From IMG/VR virus record IMGVR_UViG_3300044674_000258, positions 1 through 28,543 of that record: a stretch of DNA of 28,543 nt; one strand, written 5' to 3'. Shown in pieces: positions 24,351-28,543 of the stretch (within the stretch, counting starts at the first letter, position 1; each line of letters opens with the position of its first letter). The notes beneath the pieces are model-generated. The model had not been told where the DNA came from. It did no database searches and saw nothing but the letters and a program-made list of their open reading frames with translations. The DNA is from a virus. Taxonomy: Duplodnaviria > Caudoviricetes. Both the position numbers and the translations under genes were made by a program.

Positions 24351-24977
24351 TCAGTTCATCTTTGAGTTGTTGTAGAAATCGACGGCAGAGAACGGCTGTT
24401 CTTTGTCCGACTGGCTACCAGTGAGGAAACGGTCCTCGCCGATATCCTGGTGCGCCCTGACGAGGAACCGGATGATCTCCGGGTTATCGCCAAGACCTGT
24501 TTCCCCTAGCAGCGACTTCAGTTCGGGGGTGCCAAAGGCGTCGAGGACGCGCACGGCCTTACCCAGGTTTTCCTGAAGCTGATCTCCACCGATCTCAGGA
24601 TCGGCTTTGACGGACTCAACCCACTCGGAACGAAGACTTTGGATGTATTCTTCGTTCTGCTGCTTCAGTGCCGGGGCGACCTTGTCGAGCACTGACTGAG
24701 CCTGCTCTTGAGTCAGGTTGAGTTCCTTTGCGACTTCCGAGAATGCTTGCACCGCACCTGAGTCCACATCGAGATCCGAGCCTTCCGTGGCTTGGAACTC
24801 ATATGTCTCGGGCGCACCCTCGGGTTCGCTGACTTCCGCCGGTTGCTCGGGCTGGGCCTGAGCCTCCTGCGGCTGCTGCTCTTGCGGTTGCTGCGCGGCC
24901 TCTTGGCCGGTCAGCAGAGATTCAGCAACTTGCCCTTCGTTGTTAGTTTCGGGAGCTTCTGTTTGCGTCTCTGACAC
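24351..24977 (-). CDS. Capsid scaffolding protein
   Basis: Acidic Q/E/P-rich N-terminus, APETYEF, AKEL.LTQEQAQ, D.EIGG, L..TGLGD.PE.IRF, I.ED; directly upstream of the major capsid gene. Confidence 0.85.
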   Translation of the reverse strand: MSETQTEAPETNNEGQVAESLLTGQEAAQQPQEQQPQEAQAQPEQPAEVSEPEGAPETYEFQATEGSDLDVDSGAVQAFSEVAKELNLTQEQAQSVLDKVAPALKQQNEEYIQSLRSEWVESVKADPEIGGDQLQENLGKAVRVLDAFGTPELKSLLGETGLGDNPEIIRFLVRAHQDIGEDRFLTGSQSDKEQPFSAVDFYNNSKMN

Positions 24978-25272
24978 GGGATTCCTTGAGCATCAAGGTG
25001 AACTGGTCGGGGCACGCATCCAGAAGGTCAGCGGTGATCTTCATGCCCACAGCCTGTGCGCCAGCCTTATGGCTTTGCGCGAGACCGTTTGTGTCAACCA
25101 CGGGCGAGAAGACACGCATCTCCTGAAGCCATTGCCACACGATGCGGCGGCCAGACTGCGTCCCCATGAGCCAGCGGATGTCTTCGCGATGCTGGTCAAT
25201 GCGCCCACGGATGCGCTCGGATCGCTCCGCCGCATCTAGGTCCATCAACTCATCCGAAACGTGCCGACTCAC
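24943..25272 (-). CDS. Bbp19-like head morphogenesis protein
   Basis: DIRWLM.T..GRR..W..L....VF......G...VG.......CPDQF..M.KE pattern; upstream of the scaffold gene. Confidence 0.8.
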   Translation of the reverse strand: MSRHVSDELMDLDAAERSERIRGRIDQHREDIRWLMGTQSGRRIVWQWLQEMRVFSPVVDTNGLAQSHKAGAQAVGMKITADLLDACPDQFTLMLKESRVRDANRSSRN

Positions 25273-25279
25273 GTTGCGG

Positions 25280-25353
25280 AGGATAGCATTCCCAGTCCCA
25301 TTTGTGGGACTATTTTCGGTCTACCGTCTCACCTGTGAGACTGGCAGTGAGAC
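25280..25353 (-). promoter_or_regulatory. Candidate late promoter with two GTCYCA-N4-TGRGAC palindromes
   Basis: AGTCCCA-TTTG-TGGGACT (25294-25311), GTCTCA-CCTG-TGAGAC (25326-25341) and an extra GTGAGAC half-site (25347-25353). Extended -10 TGCTATCCT (25288-25280). Confidence 0.55.
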
Positions 25354-25403
25354 AAGACCCTGAGGTTTTGGCGTAAACCCTTGCGACTAAAGGTCTAAAG
25401 GAT

Positions 25404-25820
25404 TTACCCGCCTAGATACCAAGCCAGCAACCTCTTCCCTTTTCTGAGATGGTGCTCCACAGTATGGGACGAAATCCCCATCAGTTTGCCGATCCCTTGA
25501 TAGTCATGGCCTGCAAGATGCCATCTGATCGCTGTCTGCTGGCATGGCGGGAGCCGGTCGATCGCGTCCACCAGTTGCTGGATACGCTCCTCGCGCACCA
25601 GCCGGTCCAGCACAGGCTCGTCGTCTGAGACCGGAGGGGCGACATCCGCCAACCACTTCGTGCGGTTGATCTTGGGCGTGTAACCGCGCCGACAACTGCT
25701 GCCGAACTGTCGGCGCACCTCGTCGATGACCACGCCCTGCACGGGACGCTTCTGCCACTTGGCTACCAGACGCAGGTGCGCGATCTCGCCGGGCTCCAGC
25801 AGGTCGCGAACCGAAGACAT
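25404..25820 (-). CDS. Miniature sigma70-like / region-4 HTH transcription regulator
   Basis: L.DAIDRLPPCQQTAI......GHDYQGIGKLMGISSHTVEHHLRKGKRLL is a sigma region 4 pattern. QGVVIDEVRR resembles the end of region 2. Confidence 0.78.
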   Translation of the reverse strand: MSSVRDLLEPGEIAHLRLVAKWQKRPVQGVVIDEVRRQFGSSCRRGYTPKINRTKWLADVAPPVSDDEPVLDRLVREERIQQLVDAIDRLPPCQQTAIRWHLAGHDYQGIGKLMGISSHTVEHHLRKGKRLLAWYLGG

Positions 25821-25894
25821 AGCCTAGTTCAGTTTTCGCCCCGAACTCTTAGTATCGCCGGACTCCATTCAGCAAAGCTGAACAACGCCCCCCT

Positions 25895-26296
25895 CTACAG
25901 GTCTTTGGCCCATTCGCGGGCGACGATCTGCGCAAAGTGCTTCTGGCCTTCCTCGGGAGCGGCTTCGACCATCCTGGCGCTGAAAGCGTTGCAGGCGTTG
26001 ACGTAGTCCTGCTGCTCCGCCTCGGTCAGCGTAGGCCACAGGTCCATGATCGCCTGCTCCACTGCGTGCGCCGCCTGCACGCCGTTGAAGGGCGGGGCTG
26101 CGCCAGCATCGACGAACGCTAGGAACTTCTCAGCGAGCTTGTCCATGTATGCGCGACGCATGGGCAGCCCGATCATCTCGAAGTAGGAAGACATGCACTG
26201 GGCGATCCGCAGACCCTTGCGGAACTCGTCAGCGTTGACAGCCGGGACTTTGTTCATCAGTTCAACGCCGCACGCTTGGGCAACTAGGTGGTTCAC
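25895..26296 (-). CDS. Hypothetical helical protein
   Basis: GTG start at 26296 overlaps the TGA of the upstream gene (GTGA); 133 aa. The longer start in the ORF track overlaps the lipoprotein gene. Confidence 0.65.
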   Translation of the reverse strand: MNHLVAQACGVELMNKVPAVNADEFRKGLRIAQCMSSYFEMIGLPMRRAYMDKLAEKFLAFVDAGAAPPFNGVQAAHAVEQAIMDLWPTLTEAEQQDYVNACNAFSARMVEAAPEEGQKHFAQIVAREWAKDL

Positions 26297-26598
26297 GCCG
26301 ACTTCCTCGCCGCGACACGCGCCGCACGCTCGGCCACAGAAGCAGACGGACCGCGCCAGAGACGCACGCCTGCGATCGCGAGCCCGACTTCCAGTACGAC
26401 CTTGCCAAGCTGTAGCCACCACGGCTCGCCTGTGTTGGTCAGGATAGCCTGACGCAGGGCATCAGCCTGCTCCATCGTGATGGCTTGGTTGGCTTCCAGT
26501 TGGTTGACAACGTCGGTGACGGCCTGGACTTGACCAGCGTCGAGAATGCCGCAGCCCGCAAGCAGCAGGCAGGGCACGAGGATGTAGAGGGTTCTCAT
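26293..26598 (-). CDS. Lipoprotein with C-terminal hydrophobic helix (possible unimolecular spanin)
   Basis: MRTLYILVPCLLLAG-C lipobox; C-terminal WWLQLGKVVLEVGLAIAGVRLW then a basic tail. ATGA overlap with the upstream gene. Confidence 0.6.
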   Translation of the reverse strand: MRTLYILVPCLLLAGCGILDAGQVQAVTDVVNQLEANQAITMEQADALRQAILTNTGEPWWLQLGKVVLEVGLAIAGVRLWRGPSASVAERAARVAARKSA

Positions 26599-26843
26599 AG
26601 TCCGATCTTGTTGGTGAGCAGCGCAGTCACAACGGGGATCAGGCCACCGCACAGGCCCCAGACCCCGCACTTGACCTTGAGCGACGCGATTTCGCGCTCG
26701 ACCCGCAGCATCTGCTCCCACATGCCTTGCTGCACCTGCTTGCCGTTGTTGCGTTCGTGCCGGATCTCGCGAGCTAGCCGGTCGATCTCGGTCATAACTA
26801 GCTTCTTGTATTCGCTCCAGCCGTTGCCTGTGTCGTCGCTCAT
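26595..26843 (-). CDS. Small coiled-coil protein with C-terminal TM helix (holin/XhlA-like)
   Basis: NGW.EYKKLV..E..RL coiled coil, then LKVKCGVWGLCGGLIPVVTALL hydrophobic segment. Confidence 0.55.
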   Translation of the reverse strand: MSDDTGNGWSEYKKLVMTEIDRLAREIRHERNNGKQVQQGMWEQMLRVEREIASLKVKCGVWGLCGGLIPVVTALLTNKIGL

Positions 26844-27250
26844 GGTGTCGGGTCGCTAGGGAACCAGCCGAGAGCCTCGGCTTGCTCATGGGTCAGCACG
26901 GTCGCGTCCGACGGCAGCAGGTTGCCGAACGTCACGCTGTCGCTCGAGGCGATGTAGTAGGTCAGCTGGCTGCGCTCCTCCTCGCTCAGCTGCGGGAACA
27001 GCGAGACCAGCGCGGTGACATCGCGCTCCGGGTGCACCGGGATGTCTTGATCGTGATCCCCCACCAGCGCCCACTGGCCTGCGTTGCTCGCGTTCTCGAT
27101 CATGCCCAGCGCGTAGATGCTGGTCTGCCCCGGCGATTGCAGGTGACGCGGCAAGGTCAGGTTGAACAACTCGCGGCTGATCGCCCGCCCGCGCTCCTCA
27201 CTAGTCAGGCCGAGCCGAGGCACGACCGGCAGATAGATCGTGTGGCTCAT
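26840..27250 (-). CDS. Hypothetical protein coupled to the fibre/lectin gene
   Basis: 136 aa; TAATG coupling upstream and ATGA coupling downstream; ends with a ..ALGWFP motif. Confidence 0.75.
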   Translation of the reverse strand: MSHTIYLPVVPRLGLTSEERGRAISRELFNLTLPRHLQSPGQTSIYALGMIENASNAGQWALVGDHDQDIPVHPERDVTALVSLFPQLSEEERSQLTYYIASSDSVTFGNLLPSDATVLTHEQAEALGWFPSDPTP

Positions 27251-28542
27251 TAGTAGACCGAGTAATAGGTGTTGATGTTCGACTCGATGCCGGTGCGGTT
27301 GCTCGATTGGTCTGATTCGTAGAAAATGAACTCGCTGACACGGTTGGTCGAACGTCCATCCGTGGCGCTTCTGGCGAAAAGCGTCATATTCGTCGGGTTG
27401 CCCGTGCCAGCATTGCCAGACACGACTACGGAGCCATTCTCATGCAATGAGCTGCTGCTGCCATTGAACACGCTGGCAAATAGTGAGCGGTCAGCCGGTG
27501 TGTATGAGTTGTCACGCAGCCAAGTCCCAGAATATATGCCACACTGGGTGTACTGCTTTCTGGCTGTAAGAATGCCAAACTCGTTCAGTCCGCTGTGTAT
27601 ATAGCCGATTCCTGTCGTCGGATTCTCGCACACCACGTAGCTGCTAAAGGCTTGTGTGTAGTTCGCGCCGGTAGGCATAAATGACGTTCCCATCGGGTCT
27701 ACCGCTGGTATGCCTCCAGCAGTGATTACTGCTGATCCGTCGTAGATCTTCGGCTGAGATGCTGTGGTGCTCTGGGTCGCGTCGTTGCCGTTGCCGCTCT
27801 GGTCATACCATGTGACCACGTAGCCGTTGACGCCCGTGCCAGCCGCATCGCAGAAGCTCTTGATCGCGGCGGTGTCTAGGTCGCCGTTGCTGTCGAACCC
27901 GATATCGGTCTCGGTGTTCCCGCTGTCCTCGCGGATACGCATGGCGTCGCCCGTGTAGGCTGTCCGCAGCAATCTGACGCTGTAGGCCCCGCCCGCGCCC
28001 GTGTAGGTGTCAAGCAGCAACGGCGTGATGACGGCGCGCTCCATCTTCAACGATACGGGTAGCGTGCCCCGCGTGTTGGCTGTTCCGTCAGTGTCCGACA
28101 ATCCCGCCAGCAGCGACGCCTTGCATGTGGCGAACGCGGTGTCGTCGGCTGGCTGCGTTGTGTAGAGCGTCCAGTCGCCAGACGTGTCAGGGTCCGCGTC
28201 GAACTTGTCCGAGTAGTAGAGCCTTCGTCGGCTTGACTCGCCCGCGCCAAGGCCGCCGTCGTCTACCTCGCTCTCCGCGTAGCCGTCGCCGTCCGGTCGC
28301 GCCGTGTAGTAGATTTCGGTCGTCGTGGTCGCGCCGCTGCGCGCGGTCTCGGCCTCGGTGTCGTAGCGGCCGTGATACTTGACGCCGCCGCCGCCTGCCT
28401 CGACTGCCGTCTCCAGGTCTTGCAGCGCGCCCTTGATCGTCTCGTTGTCGGCGATCGTCGTGCCCGTGAAGGTGCCGAGGTCGCTGTCGCCCAACGATAC
28501 GCCCGTCAGCGTCACAAGGTCGTTCGGGATGTCGTTGGTCCG
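27250..28542 (-). CDS. Fibre-like protein with C-terminal ConA/LamG-like domain, 5'-truncated
   Basis: The frame is open to the window edge (RTNDIPNDLVTLTGV...). Contains the fibre motif DLGTFTG.TI.DN.TIK.ALQ.LETA and C-terminal AYS.R.L...YTG..MR.R...DIGF...WYDQSGNGNDATQ.....QP...E.I.Y. Confidence 0.75.
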   Translation of the reverse strand, partial: RTNDIPNDLVTLTGVSLGDSDLGTFTGTTIADNETIKGALQDLETAVEAGGGGVKYHGRYDTEAETARSGATTTTEIYYTARPDGDGYAESEVDDGGLGAGESSRRRLYYSDKFDADPDTSGDWTLYTTQPADDTAFATCKASLLAGLSDTDGTANTRGTLPVSLKMERAVITPLLLDTYTGAGGAYSVRLLRTAYTGDAMRIREDSGNTETDIGFDSNGDLDTAAIKSFCDAAGTGVNGYVVTWYDQSGNGNDATQSTTASQPKIYDGSAVITAGGIPAVDPMGTSFMPTGANYTQAFSSYVVCENPTTGIGYIHSGLNEFGILTARKQYTQCGIYSGTWLRDNSYTPADRSLFASVFNGSSSSLHENGSVVVSGNAGTGNPTNMTLFARSATDGRSTNRVSEFIFYESDQSSNRTGIESNINTYYSVY

Positions 28543-28543
28543 G

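Larger units (their letters stand above)
1..28543. mobile_element. Fragment of a podovirus-like phage/prophage genome (BPP-1/T7-like virion module, lambdoid-style replication module)
   Basis: Contiguous capsid, cement, tail tubular A/B and internal virion genes, plus an initiator/DnaC pair. No host housekeeping genes. No attachment site, terminase or portal in the window. Confidence 0.95.

Noticed and set aside
23302-24375. 357-aa + strand ORF antisense to the major capsid gene (similarly 7216..8433, 5953..6783, 4978..5697, 20413..21189)
   Set aside because: Shadow ORFs expected from high-GC codon bias; no motifs, and they fully overlap well-supported genes.
25368-25386. Sigma54-like promoter TGGCGT...TTGCG on the + strand
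   Set aside because: GG-to-GC spacing is 11 nt rather than the required 10, and it points antisense to the neighbouring genes.
25822-25884. Small inverted repeats upstream of the sigma-like gene (TTCAGC-AAA-GCTGAA; AGTTCGG/CTGAACT)
   Set aside because: Only 6-7 bp with no repeated motif or U-tract; too weak to call.
26293-26889. 198-aa ORF as given in the track
   Set aside because: Its first half overlaps the holin-like gene; the ATG at 26598 gives a proper lipoprotein signal and an ATGA coupling.
1-28543. Diversity-generating retroelement, as in BPP-1
   Set aside because: No reverse transcriptase and no TR/VR repeat pair with adenine-specific mismatches was seen in this window.

Overview
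This is a 28.5-kb, GC-rich (roughly 60%) fragment of a tailed dsDNA phage or prophage. Its head and tail genes are podovirus-type and resemble the Bordetella phage BPP-1 / T7-superfamily virion module; several small proteins look like families common in aquatic metagenomic phages. Left end: the 3' end of an XRE-type HTH gene, a PD-(D/E)XK nuclease, a highly structured ~250-nt leader, and a + strand replication module (initiator with an internal iteron/AT-rich origin, DnaC-like ATPase, PAPS-reductase-like enzyme). Everything from 3224 onward is on the - strand. Read right to left it encodes a fibre/lectin protein, putative lysis membrane proteins, a miniature sigma-like regulator, a Bbp19-like protein, scaffold, major capsid, cement, tail adaptor, nozzle, three internal virion proteins (the last a 2581-aa polyvalent protein) and a cluster of small basic and beta-rich proteins. 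Main observations: (i) a tail adaptor fused to a split SGNH esterase containing nested beta-domain insertions; (ii) an ADP-ribosyltransferase cassette bracketed in frame by an exact 18-bp direct repeat inside the ejected protein; (iii) a four-domain structured RNA before the replication initiator; (iv) an H-type pseudoknot between the head and tail genes; (v) paired palindromic operators at a probable leaderless late promoter. All family calls come from motif recognition by eye; no database searches were run.
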